Virus record (IMG/VR): IMGVR_UViG_3300045049_000270
Strand: one strand, 5' to 3'
DNA: 64,000 nt
From: a virus
Taxonomy: Duplodnaviria; Heunggongvirae; Uroviricota; Caudoviricetes
The position numbers and the translations under genes are program-made. The notes beneath the pieces were generated by a model. That model made no database searches and had not been told where the DNA came from. It saw only the letters and a list, made by a program, of their open reading frames with translations. Below, piece by piece: positions 27,593 through 35,633 of the stretch. Position 1 is the stretch's first letter. Each line of letters starts with the position of its first letter.

Positions 27593-27730
27593 ATGAACGA
27601 GTATTTGAATGAGGAAATTGAGGACGAAGTCTTAGGCGATGCAGTATTGCTAGGCAGAGTTGATTTGAATGCAATGATGCTTGGTGTAGAAGAATCGAAT
27701 AATAGTACAGAAGCAACCAAGGATTATTAA
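27593..27730 (+). CDS. Small acidic hypothetical protein (45 aa)
   Basis: GAGGG RBS; manual translation MNEYLNEEIEDEVLG... Confidence 0.5.
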   Translation: MNEYLNEEIEDEVLGDAVLLGRVDLNAMMLGVEESNNSTEATKDY

Positions 27731-27742
27731 ACGGGAGATCAA

Positions 27743-28144
27743 ATGAGCGGACGACATCACTTACCAATCGCAGGAGCAGCAGGTGGAGGACTTCTTGGCC
27801 TAGCGTTGTATGGTGCATGTCGAGCCATCGGAGGTTTGTTTGGTAGTTCAAATCACAAAAGCAAACGACAAAAGCAAGAGGTCGCTGCCCCGATTCAATA
27901 CGTTGATCAGCAACAATCGATTGATGTAGTAGTGACCCGCGTTTATGATCATCCACTTGATGATCCGCACCACCCCTTCCATCCGGAAAACCAAGTCATT
28001 TTACGTCAACAACACGAAGCAGCAAGGCGTGATTACGAACGACGTACTGCATTCATGAGAACTCCTGAGCATCAAGCAGAAATGGGCGAACTAATCAGTA
28101 ACTTTGATCGTCTGGTAAACAAGCGACTAAATCGACGAAAATAA
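27743..28144 (+). CDS. Hypothetical protein with N-terminal hydrophobic segment
   Basis: GGGAG RBS; Gly-rich TM-like start. Confidence 0.7.
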   Translation: MSGRHHLPIAGAAGGGLLGLALYGACRAIGGLFGSSNHKSKRQKQEVAAPIQYVDQQQSIDVVVTRVYDHPLDDPHHPFHPENQVILRQQHEAARRDYERRTAFMRTPEHQAEMGELISNFDRLVNKRLNRRK

Positions 28145-28162
28145 CCCTAACGGAGGTTACAC

Positions 28163-28489
28163 GTGTCGAGCGATGAATACTTTGGGGACTTAGAAGCGCA
28201 AAAAGCCGCTGATCGTGAAGTAGTTGAAAAGATAAAGAAAGCAGCAGAAGAATGGCGTGCAAGATGGCCCAATCACTGCAAAGCATGCCACGGTTGGGGC
28301 GGTAAAATATTCACTCAAAGCCATTCTTATGGAATGGGGTCAGCATCAGAGCAGATATTTGAACCCTGCGACGCAACCGAAAAACTTGAAACATGTCACC
28401 GATGCGGGGAACTAGGATTGAGCGAAGAAGCTGAAGGTCCTTGCAAATTTTGTGAATGGAACTACAATGATGGGGAGCCACAGTTGTAG
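28163..28489 (+). CDS. Zinc-finger protein (DnaJ-like CxxCxG motifs)
   Basis: CKACHGWG, CHRCG, CKFC; GGAGG RBS. Confidence 0.75.
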   Translation: MSSDEYFGDLEAQKAADREVVEKIKKAAEEWRARWPNHCKACHGWGGKIFTQSHSYGMGSASEQIFEPCDATEKLETCHRCGELGLSEEAEGPCKFCEWNYNDGEPQL

Positions 28490-28545
28490 GTAACAGCAGG
28501 GTCTCCTCTCACGCCCCTATTGTTATGGGGCGTCTTTTTGAGTGA

Positions 28546-28878
28546 TTAAAACAACAACGCAAATTCCACTGCAACTATATCATCTTTTATGAATGCTGAT
28601 CCAGAGAATTCATAATCCCTACTAGTAAAATCTTTAGATTGTGCAAGATAAACAACCGCAAAATTAGTCGTTCGACTGACTTCCCATTCCATCACGTTAT
28701 CGTCAATATCAATATTTTGAGGCATGAATTCTCGGTATTCGGCCAAAGCTTCAAAATTAAAACTCCGAATCAGAGGCGAGTTTTCTTGAAAATAGTCGAG
28801 CAACCACTGAGAAGCGTCACGCGACCAGTTTAAACCTTCTGTTCTGGTTTTAAATTTTCTATAAATGGTACCCATCAC
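28546..28878 (-). CDS. FKLxW-family, WLxxYY subfamily
   Basis: WLLDYF, KDDIVAVEFALLF. Confidence 0.8.
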   Translation of the reverse strand: MMGTIYRKFKTRTEGLNWSRDASQWLLDYFQENSPLIRSFNFEALAEYREFMPQNIDIDDNVMEWEVSRTTNFAVVYLAQSKDFTSRDYEFSGSAFIKDDIVAVEFALLF

Positions 28879-28882
28879 ATCC

Positions 28883-29221
28883 TCAAATGCTCAATAATAA
28901 TTCAATAGCCGACAAATCATCTTCAAGAATTACGATGACCGAATTTCGTCGTATCGTAGAATAGTAAAGACCATCTACGACTGGTATGAAATACAAAAGA
29001 AACAATACCGTCCATGCTTTAGTCTTATGAACAGACCAATTGATAAGCGTGTATTCTGGAATTTTCTCGGTTATCAAACTAGAATATTCCTTTATGGTGC
29101 TAGGCGTATAATCATCAGTGATATCTAGCTTACCATAACGATTTCGTAACCAGTCTCGAACGGCTGGAAACCAAGCGTTTACTTCGCCTTCATGCATGAA
29201 TTGTCGATGAATTACAGTCAT
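28883..29221 (-). CDS. FKLxW-family, WLxxYY subfamily
   Basis: WLRNRYG, EDDLSAIELLL. Confidence 0.8.
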   Translation of the reverse strand: MTVIHRQFMHEGEVNAWFPAVRDWLRNRYGKLDITDDYTPSTIKEYSSLITEKIPEYTLINWSVHKTKAWTVLFLLYFIPVVDGLYYSTIRRNSVIVILEDDLSAIELLLSI

Positions 29222-29529
29222 GATAGTTCTAATTTCATCTGAATAGCAGTTAATTCACTATCAACTTCAATAATCATTACTCGATAGATGCTCTCATTTT
29301 CTTTAAGAACACACTGACCCAAGCTGAATTTTGGTGATATTCCGATATATGAAAATATACCAACTTCACCCAAGCTTTCAACCAAATATGTTTTATATCG
29401 TTCTGGTATTTCAATACTCCATGAAATGTCATCTGTTTGGTAAAACCCAGATAACCAGTCAAAAGCTTTATTGAATGCAGCTCGAGCCCCAGATTGAGGT
29501 GATAATACCTGATGAAAAATATAGCTCAT
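29218..29529 (-). CDS. FKLxW-family, WLxxYY subfamily
   Basis: WLSGFY, DSELTAIQMKL. Confidence 0.8.
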   Translation of the reverse strand: MSYIFHQVLSPQSGARAAFNKAFDWLSGFYQTDDISWSIEIPERYKTYLVESLGEVGIFSYIGISPKFSLGQCVLKENESIYRVMIIEVDSELTAIQMKLELS

Positions 29530-29906
29530 ACCAATTCCAATAACATTTGGACAGCAACAGCATCACTTTCAACTAGAACAGTCATAATCGAATAAAAGTC
29601 ATATGTTTTATTCGATTTGAGACATTCAATTATGATTGCCCAATCAGTTGTTTGATGTAAGCAGATTCTATCGCAGAAGAAAAATTCCGGATATAGACTG
29701 GTCGTATCCATATACGCTTCAAATGGTTTCAAATCTAATTCAGAAGCATAATAGTTTGTATGAATTCGTCCACTACCTTGGCTCCTCCAAAAATCCAATT
29801 CCTCATCATGATCAATTCGACCATAATATTGCTCTAACCACTCAGCCATAGCATAGAATTCAGATTCTAGATCTGAAGAAGACTTCCTAATAACACTATA
29901 ACTCAT
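29526..29906 (-). CDS. FKLxW-family, WLxxYY subfamily
   Basis: WLEQYYG, ESDAVAVQMLL. Confidence 0.8.
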   Translation of the reverse strand: MSYSVIRKSSSDLESEFYAMAEWLEQYYGRIDHDEELDFWRSQGSGRIHTNYYASELDLKPFEAYMDTTSLYPEFFFCDRICLHQTTDWAIIIECLKSNKTYDFYSIMTVLVESDAVAVQMLLELV

Positions 29907-30265
29907 ATCGATAACAACATCTCAATGGCTAATAATTCACTCTCGACATACAAAAAATAATCAATAAAACGATCATTTGTGATACAATTCCAATAACTAA
30001 CTGCTATACAATACCACCGACCATTCGAATCACCCTGATACGAACGGCAAATTATATCATAACCAGGATATTCTTGAAATTCAAAACTGATACCAAATCC
30101 CTCAAGAATGGCATGTATCTTCATTCTGTCTGAAGCCGTCTTAATATCAAGATGAGAACAATCATAATGAGATAGCAACCACCTTTTTGCCCTAGTATAC
30201 CAATTCACATGATCGAAATCTAGATTTGGAACATAGGTTCGCTTCACTAAAAATAAATCATTCAC
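29903..30265 (-). CDS. FKLxW-family, WLxxYY subfamily
   Basis: WLLSHY, ESELLAIEMLL. Confidence 0.8.
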   Translation of the reverse strand: MNDLFLVKRTYVPNLDFDHVNWYTRAKRWLLSHYDCSHLDIKTASDRMKIHAILEGFGISFEFQEYPGYDIICRSYQGDSNGRWYCIAVSYWNCITNDRFIDYFLYVESELLAIEMLLSI

Positions 30266-30588
30266 TCTAATTCCAATTTCATCTGAACTGCCATCAATTC
30301 ATCCTCAACTGTGGCAAGCACAACTTCACGAAACTCCATACGAAGCCCCATAAACTGAAATGTGAGCAACACTACACTAAACTCAGGAAATAACACCGAT
30401 TCAGTATTGGTCAATCGCCATGTCGGCATATAACGAAAATACTTCTGAAACACATCCTCACGATCATACATCACAGTAGCATTTGTTGTGATACCATAAT
30501 ATCCCTTCAACCAATCAAGTATCCGAGAACCTAATACCACACCACTACCCATAGAATACGGTGGCATCTCAATAACATAGTCATACAT
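30262..30588 (-). CDS. FKLxW-family, WLxxYY subfamily (start reassigned to ATG 30588)
   Basis: WLKGYYG, EDELMAVQMKL. Confidence 0.75.
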   Translation of the reverse strand: MYDYVIEMPPYSMGSGVVLGSRILDWLKGYYGITTNATVMYDREDVFQKYFRYMPTWRLTNTESVLFPEFSVVLLTFQFMGLRMEFREVVLATVEDELMAVQMKLELE

Positions 30589-30676
30589 GGCAATCACCCA
30601 CAGAATCCCTCTATGAGAGAAGTCTAACACCATATGCCAAATCACTCATGACAAAACACCAATTATCACCACGAAT

Positions 30677-31374
30677 AATTCATGGAGGTTATTAAGTCTA
30701 CCTAATGACTACACTCGATCAATAGCCAACGACTACCAAACCCAGGTAGAACTCTAAAAACATGAATCACACCGACAATGCCAATTGAACACCCAAGAGA
30801 TCGTTTTCAACTATCGTTGTCACAATCATCGAACGAGTTTTGCGGGATTGCGAGAACTCGAAGCTCAAGTCATCAACTACCTGAATGATAACTACCCAAT
30901 CATCATTGTTATGAATGATAGTACGAATTAATTGTTTACCACCAAACAACGAATCATCCAAATATTCACGATATGGTATCGTTTCACCCAAAGTAGCAGC
31001 ATAATTACTCTCAAAACGTGTATTCACCCCAAAAGCAGATTCATCATTGATGGGATGGCTATAATATCCCTCCAACCACTTAATCACACTTCCAATATAA
31101 TCATCAACTTGTGCATCAATATTGTTGGCAAATACACGTCTAACTACACCCTTCATTATGGTACCTCATAACAATAAATTACCATCATTCTAACAGATTC
31201 CTCTATCATAACCATCATGAGGATGGCTTCCACTAACTGCATTCTTTACGAGGAATTCATGAGGTTGGTATCGTTGGCTACGCCTTCATGGACGATGTCA
31301 AACCCAGGCAGAAGTCAAAGAATTCATGGAGGTTACCAATCAACCCCTAGATGATTACGAAACCCAGAGAACTC
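30677..31374. repeat. Dispersed bipartite repeats AATTCATG(G)AGGTT and AAACCCAG(GY)AGAASTC, three copies each
   Basis: Copies at 30677/30738, 31254/31300 and 31321/31360. Confidence 0.7.
30767..31156 (-). CDS. FKLxW-family, WLxxYY subfamily
   Basis: WLEGYY, ENDLLGVQLAL; GAGG RBS. Confidence 0.8.
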   Translation of the reverse strand: MKGVVRRVFANNIDAQVDDYIGSVIKWLEGYYSHPINDESAFGVNTRFESNYAATLGETIPYREYLDDSLFGGKQLIRTIIHNNDDWVVIIQVVDDLSFEFSQSRKTRSMIVTTIVENDLLGVQLALSV

Positions 31375-31439
31375 AGTATATTTGTCTACACGAAACCAGC
31401 TTAAATAGTGGACTGAGCATTACTCAGAGGGAGAGATAA

Positions 31440-31793
31440 ATGGTAGCAGGACCACAATTGGACAGTTTGGTGGCTCGTAATGTGTTCGGATACGCAGTCA
31501 TCATTGATACTCATACTGGAGAGCAATACATCATGGGGAAGGACCATGAGAAGATCGATGTACCAAAGTACAGCTCAGATGTTGAGATCGCTTATCAAGT
31601 AACCGAGCAACTTCATAAGATGGGCTGGCACCTCAATGCCAGCAGCGTCAACCAGAACGGGATAAATGGCTTTCTGGCACTATTCTTGAAACAGGATGGG
31701 CGTGGGTATCTTCCAAGCTTCGCAGAGGATTTGGCAGTCGCCATTTGTATGGCAGGGGTAGCGGCTTGTACAGGTCAGAACATCGCCCGTTAA
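31440..31793 (+). CDS. Phage ABA-sandwich-like (BC1872-type) protein
   Basis: AGPQLDSLVARNVFG, PKYSSDVEIAYQV, LAVAICMA. Confidence 0.7.
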   Translation: MVAGPQLDSLVARNVFGYAVIIDTHTGEQYIMGKDHEKIDVPKYSSDVEIAYQVTEQLHKMGWHLNASSVNQNGINGFLALFLKQDGRGYLPSFAEDLAVAICMAGVAACTGQNIAR

Positions 31794-31834
31794 TCAGATA
31801 CAGAATGAGCGATGGCTAAACCATCGCTCATTTC

Positions 31835-32287
31835 TTATTTCTGGCTGTCTTTGTCATCCCCACAACATAGACGCTCAATTATGAGATAATTCTCATACGC
31901 TTCTTTCAAAGCCGGGTAGAGTTCATGTTTCTCTAGAGAAACATCCAGAATACACATACGGCGTTTCATTGTTTCTACAAAGTCAAGCAAAGAATCGATT
32001 GATATGGACTTGCCATTGGATCCTTGTAATGTGGTTTGGCCCTGTAATGCAGATTGCACCCATGATGTAGTTGCAACATTGGTATTGGAATAAGTTGGAC
32101 TTACTAAGGCCGACCATTGTGAACCATTATTGATGTGGGTAATTCCATTGACATTGATTGTAGTCCCTATAGCTGAACCTTGAGCTGGTGGTAATGTCGC
32201 TGTTGGTGCCGTGGGTGAGCCAGTGAAAGCACCCTGATATGTGGATCCTTGGATGTTATTTGGAAGTGGTAAATTTGTTGTTGTCAT
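31835..32287 (-). CDS. Hypothetical protein, Thr/Pro-rich N-terminus
   Basis: C-terminal HELYPALKEAYENY helix. Confidence 0.7.
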   Translation of the reverse strand: MTTTNLPLPNNIQGSTYQGAFTGSPTAPTATLPPAQGSAIGTTINVNGITHINNGSQWSALVSPTYSNTNVATTSWVQSALQGQTTLQGSNGKSISIDSLLDFVETMKRRMCILDVSLEKHELYPALKEAYENYLIIERLCCGDDKDSQK

Positions 32288-32355
32288 AATTTTGTACCTT
32301 GGTTTGTGGTAGTGTTATTGTGGCATTTGTGAGTTGGTTACTCAATTTAATTAAG

Positions 32356-32405
32356 CCCCAGCAGTATGGGTGGCGAGTCAAACCCCAGCAGTAAGGGAGG
32401 TGGCG
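32356..32405 (+). repeat. Tandem hairpin repeat CCCCAGCAGTA(T/A)GGG...GTGGCG x2
   Basis: Copies at 32356 and 32383 in a divergent intergenic region. Confidence 0.7.
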
Positions 32406-32433
32406 CCCAACTCCACTAATAACAAAAATAATT

Positions 32434-32940
32434 ATGGAAACAAAACTTATCACAACCAGCCTCCGCAATAACTCGAGCGGAAAGCGCACCTTCTTTGTCA
32501 ATCTTCGTCCTAACCTGGTTGACGAATTAAATCTCAAAAACACTCCCTATGTAGAGCTCACACGTAACGCTGATCGTTACAAGTTGAAGTTCCTATCTAA
32601 ACAAACAGCCAGATCGCGCAAAATTCTATTCAAAGAACGAAGCGCTACTGTTGGTTTTGCGCCAGAAGTTTTCAAACTTGATTGCACAGAAACCATTAGC
32701 CCATTTCCAATCGATGCTGAATACGTTGACGGTGCTCTTGAGTTTGATTTTGATACCGAAGAATTCCTCAAGCCACGCTCGGCAATCACAGAAACAAAGA
32801 AAATCACATCTACTGAAGATAAAATCGCTGCTGGTTTCAAACCAGATACTGCTTGGGGTGTGAAAATTCAATCTGATATTGATGAACGTATTGAGAAGAC
32901 GATATTCGAGTCAATGAAACGTAAATTTGGGGGTGAATAA
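32434..32940 (+). CDS. Hypothetical protein (possible AbrB-like N-terminus)
   Basis: 168-aa ORF coupled (TAATG) to the next gene. Confidence 0.7.
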   Translation: METKLITTSLRNNSSGKRTFFVNLRPNLVDELNLKNTPYVELTRNADRYKLKFLSKQTARSRKILFKERSATVGFAPEVFKLDCTETISPFPIDAEYVDGALEFDFDTEEFLKPRSAITETKKITSTEDKIAAGFKPDTAWGVKIQSDIDERIEKTIFESMKRKFGGE

Positions 32941-33656
32941 TGGTTACTCCAAACCAACTTAACGAAATTGGCCAACAAGCGGCATTACATGCCAAATATA
33001 TGACGGATTGGCAACGTACTTTTGATTATGGACATGTGAAGTTGTTTTCTGAGTCCCAAGGAAAACTTGTCAGTCCTCCCGATAAACTTCGCCGTCTCAA
33101 TGATTTCCTTGCCGCCGCATATACACATTCGATCGCGCTATACGCAGAACATGGTGATGATTGCATTGATCAATTTGGTAATGCAATCGAGCTAAAGTTA
33201 GCTTTCGTAAAAGCACGTGATTATCGCATTGGTAATTCTGGTCGAGCTATTGTGGCTGGTCCAAGCGCTACTAGTATTGGTAGCACGATCAATGCCAAAT
33301 TTCGTGTTTATGGTGGTACGGATTCAGATCATCATACAAAAGATACTGCTCTAGTTTTGATGAGTCTCGAGCATAATTGTTTCATCACTGGTTTTATGAT
33401 GCCAGGTGAAAAAGTCAAGGAAATTGTTCATAGTGATACCCGGAATGGTGTGCAACGTGAAATTTCCCTGTCTGCTTTCATTCGTGATGGTTATGAATTT
33501 GGTAGTTCTGTACCACATATTGGTTGGGAAAACTATTACTCGACACTCTTCGACTACCTATGTGCCAAGGAAGGCCGCATAACTGGAGATGAAGCTCAAA
33601 CAGCGTTGGATAAATGGTCCAGCTTTGCTGACGAGAATAATTTGCACCGTCTCTAA
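32940..33656 (+). CDS. Putative PD-(D/E)xK restriction-type endonuclease
   Basis: GDDCIDQFGNAIELK resembles the PvuII-type D-x-x-D-x-x-G-x-x-x-E-L-K active site. Confidence 0.55.
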   Translation: MVTPNQLNEIGQQAALHAKYMTDWQRTFDYGHVKLFSESQGKLVSPPDKLRRLNDFLAAAYTHSIALYAEHGDDCIDQFGNAIELKLAFVKARDYRIGNSGRAIVAGPSATSIGSTINAKFRVYGGTDSDHHTKDTALVLMSLEHNCFITGFMMPGEKVKEIVHSDTRNGVQREISLSAFIRDGYEFGSSVPHIGWENYYSTLFDYLCAKEGRITGDEAQTALDKWSSFADENNLHRL

Positions 33657-33672
33657 CCTGTGTTATAAATAC

Positions 33673-33761
33673 GGCTGTAGGTGCTCATGGTGAGGCCTAC
33701 AGCTTGGCAGCCCAATGCGGTGCCACATAACAAAACTCGCTTATTAAAGGAGCAAAACATG
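33673..33761 (+). ncRNA. ROSE-like RNA thermometer in the hsp20 5' UTR
   Basis: Two 5' hairpins, then CTCGCTT-ATTA-AAGGAG: UCGCU anti-SD with bulged G. Confidence 0.7.
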
Positions 33762-34157
33762 CCTGATCTCTTCGATCAAATTTTCCGTTCAACTATCGGT
33801 TTCGATCCCCTGCGCCAATTCGTTACAACGATTGACGTGAGTAACTATCCTCCGTACAACATCGAGAAGACGGTTGATGCTGACGTTTATGCATTGACAA
33901 TGGCGGTGGCTGGTTTTTCACGTGACGAACTCGACGTCTTCTTAGAAGACGGTGTTCTACATGTGTATGGCGATAAGAAGGCCGAAGACACTAATACGGA
34001 ATTCCTGTACCGCGGATTGTCATTCCGCAACTTCAAACGTACTTTCCAACTTGGCAAGCACATTGAAGTGACGAACGTATCTTTGAAGGACGGTCTACTC
34101 AACATTGTCCTACAGAAGAACGTTCCGGAATCTGCACGTCGTAAGTTCGATTTCTAA
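33759..34157 (+). CDS. Small heat-shock protein (IbpA-like Hsp20)
   Basis: IGFD, NYPPYNIEK, AVAGFS, LYRGLSFRNFKRTF, LKDGLL. Confidence 0.95.
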   Translation: MPDLFDQIFRSTIGFDPLRQFVTTIDVSNYPPYNIEKTVDADVYALTMAVAGFSRDELDVFLEDGVLHVYGDKKAEDTNTEFLYRGLSFRNFKRTFQLGKHIEVTNVSLKDGLLNIVLQKNVPESARRKFDF

Positions 34158-34175
34158 ACTCTCCACTGTGTGATG

Positions 34176-34204
34176 AAAAAGGCCACTCTTTGTGGCCTTT
34201 TTCT
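34176..34204 (+). terminator. Rho-independent terminator
   Basis: AAAAAGGCCAC-TCTTT-GTGGCCTTTTT. Confidence 0.75.
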
Positions 34205-34254
34205 ATTGCGAAATGGCAACCTAACACTTACAATTGGCGTAGGGAGATTTACCT

Positions 34255-34830
34255 ATGACCAAACGTATTTGTTTCATTGGCAATGCGGGTAGTGGAAAAA
34301 CAACGTTAGCGGCTGACGTGTTCACCGCCCTGAAAAAACAACATAAAAACGCCGAACACATTCCAGAGTGGATTCGTTTCGATATTCAAAAGAACGGCCC
34401 CATGCGTAGTATTTGGGAACAATATAGAACTCGAAGCAAGCAGAAGGAATGGGAAGATGCAGCACCAGCAAATATTGATTATTTGGTGACTGATTCTGGC
34501 ATCCTTACACCATACTTCTATGCATGTCTGTACTCAGATAAGGCTGATCCGCGTTCACGATTGGTGCTCAATGATATGCATGAGTATCTGCTGAATGATC
34601 TCTACAGCTATCGTTATACTCATGTCTTTTATCTGCCGATGGCTGAAACTTACGCCAAGAACCCGCAGATTCTCAAAGATGGTACTCGCTACCAAACAGA
34701 AGAAGAAATTCTTGCACTTGAAGCTCATTTTGATTTAGTCTTCACCAAGCATCACAAGCTTGACAATATCCACATTCTCGATTGTCCTCTAGATGATCGA
34801 CAGCAAACCGTTCTCAACATTATTCAATAA
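34255..34830 (+). CDS. P-loop NTPase/kinase (NadR/AAA_28-like)
   Basis: GNAGSGKTT Walker A; LVTDS; RYQTEEE. Confidence 0.8.
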   Translation: MTKRICFIGNAGSGKTTLAADVFTALKKQHKNAEHIPEWIRFDIQKNGPMRSIWEQYRTRSKQKEWEDAAPANIDYLVTDSGILTPYFYACLYSDKADPRSRLVLNDMHEYLLNDLYSYRYTHVFYLPMAETYAKNPQILKDGTRYQTEEEILALEAHFDLVFTKHHKLDNIHILDCPLDDRQQTVLNIIQ

Positions 34831-34832
34831 CT

Positions 34833-35159
34833 ATGTCTTACAATATTTTTATCGACCCAGCAAAAGAACCACAACGTGATGGTCGAAAGTGGCAAACTGC
34901 TCGTTCAACCACCGCAGCCGCCGCCATTATGAAACAGCTTGGCGCCCCCAAGGCCATTAGCATCAATTACGATCTCGGTAAAGATGAGCCATATGGTGCT
35001 GATATTGCTCGTTGGTTGGTTCAACTGGATTTGAACCACAATATTCTGACTAATGATGTCGAATTTTTGATTCATGGTGGTAGTATTGTGGACGCCACCA
35101 ATATGAAGTTGATTATCAACAACTATTTGAAATTCAAGTTCAAACCAAAAGCTGCTTGA
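34833..35159 (+). CDS. Divergent cyclic-phosphate-processing receiver-domain-like protein
   Basis: IFID..EP...W..ARS, ISINYDLG, GADIARWL, IH; the usual DD and DHD residues are altered. Confidence 0.6.
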   Translation: MSYNIFIDPAKEPQRDGRKWQTARSTTAAAAIMKQLGAPKAISINYDLGKDEPYGADIARWLVQLDLNHNILTNDVEFLIHGGSIVDATNMKLIINNYLKFKFKPKAA

Positions 35160-35213
35160 TATAGTTGCCAATTTGTTCTAAAATGGCGATTTACTGTAGC
35201 ATTTCTATACATC

Positions 35214-35507
35214 ATGTCAACCGCAACCGAAACCGTAACAAAAACACGATTCAAGCCAGTCAACTTGTACCAAGTGATTCTGCTGAATGACGACTTCACT
35301 CCGATGGATTTTGTGATTGCTGTACTAATGCAATTGTATGGCAAGAACGAAGAAGAAGCATACACCATCTGTATGAATGTTCATAAAAATGGCAAGGGTG
35401 TGGCCGGTGTGTATACGAAGGAAATTGCAGAAACCAAGGCGGCCGAAACCATTCGCGCTGCTCGTGCAAATGGTCATCCGTTGAAGGCAATTGCACAAGA
35501 AGCATAA
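35214..35507 (+). CDS. clpS: ATP-dependent Clp protease adaptor
   Basis: YQVILLNDDFTPMDFV, VHKNGKGVAGVYTKEIAETK, HPL. Confidence 0.96.
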   Translation: MSTATETVTKTRFKPVNLYQVILLNDDFTPMDFVIAVLMQLYGKNEEEAYTICMNVHKNGKGVAGVYTKEIAETKAAETIRAARANGHPLKAIAQEA

Positions 35508-35633
35508 AGACCTAATAAAACTCGAGCCTAAATAGAGCGGAATAGTTAATATTCCGCTCTTTTATTTTGCGTTATGAGTGGAAAGTGGCTATAATCATGT
35601 AAATAAACCATAATCCGGAGACACGGAACACTC

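Noticed and set aside
31254-31374. CRISPR array
   Set aside because: Only one full 35-bp unit plus partial degenerate copies, uneven spacers and no cas genes. Kept as a generic repeat/origin candidate.
33681-33758. N-terminal extension of Hsp20
   Set aside because: A strong AAGGAG precedes ATG 33759, and the upstream part folds as a UTR.
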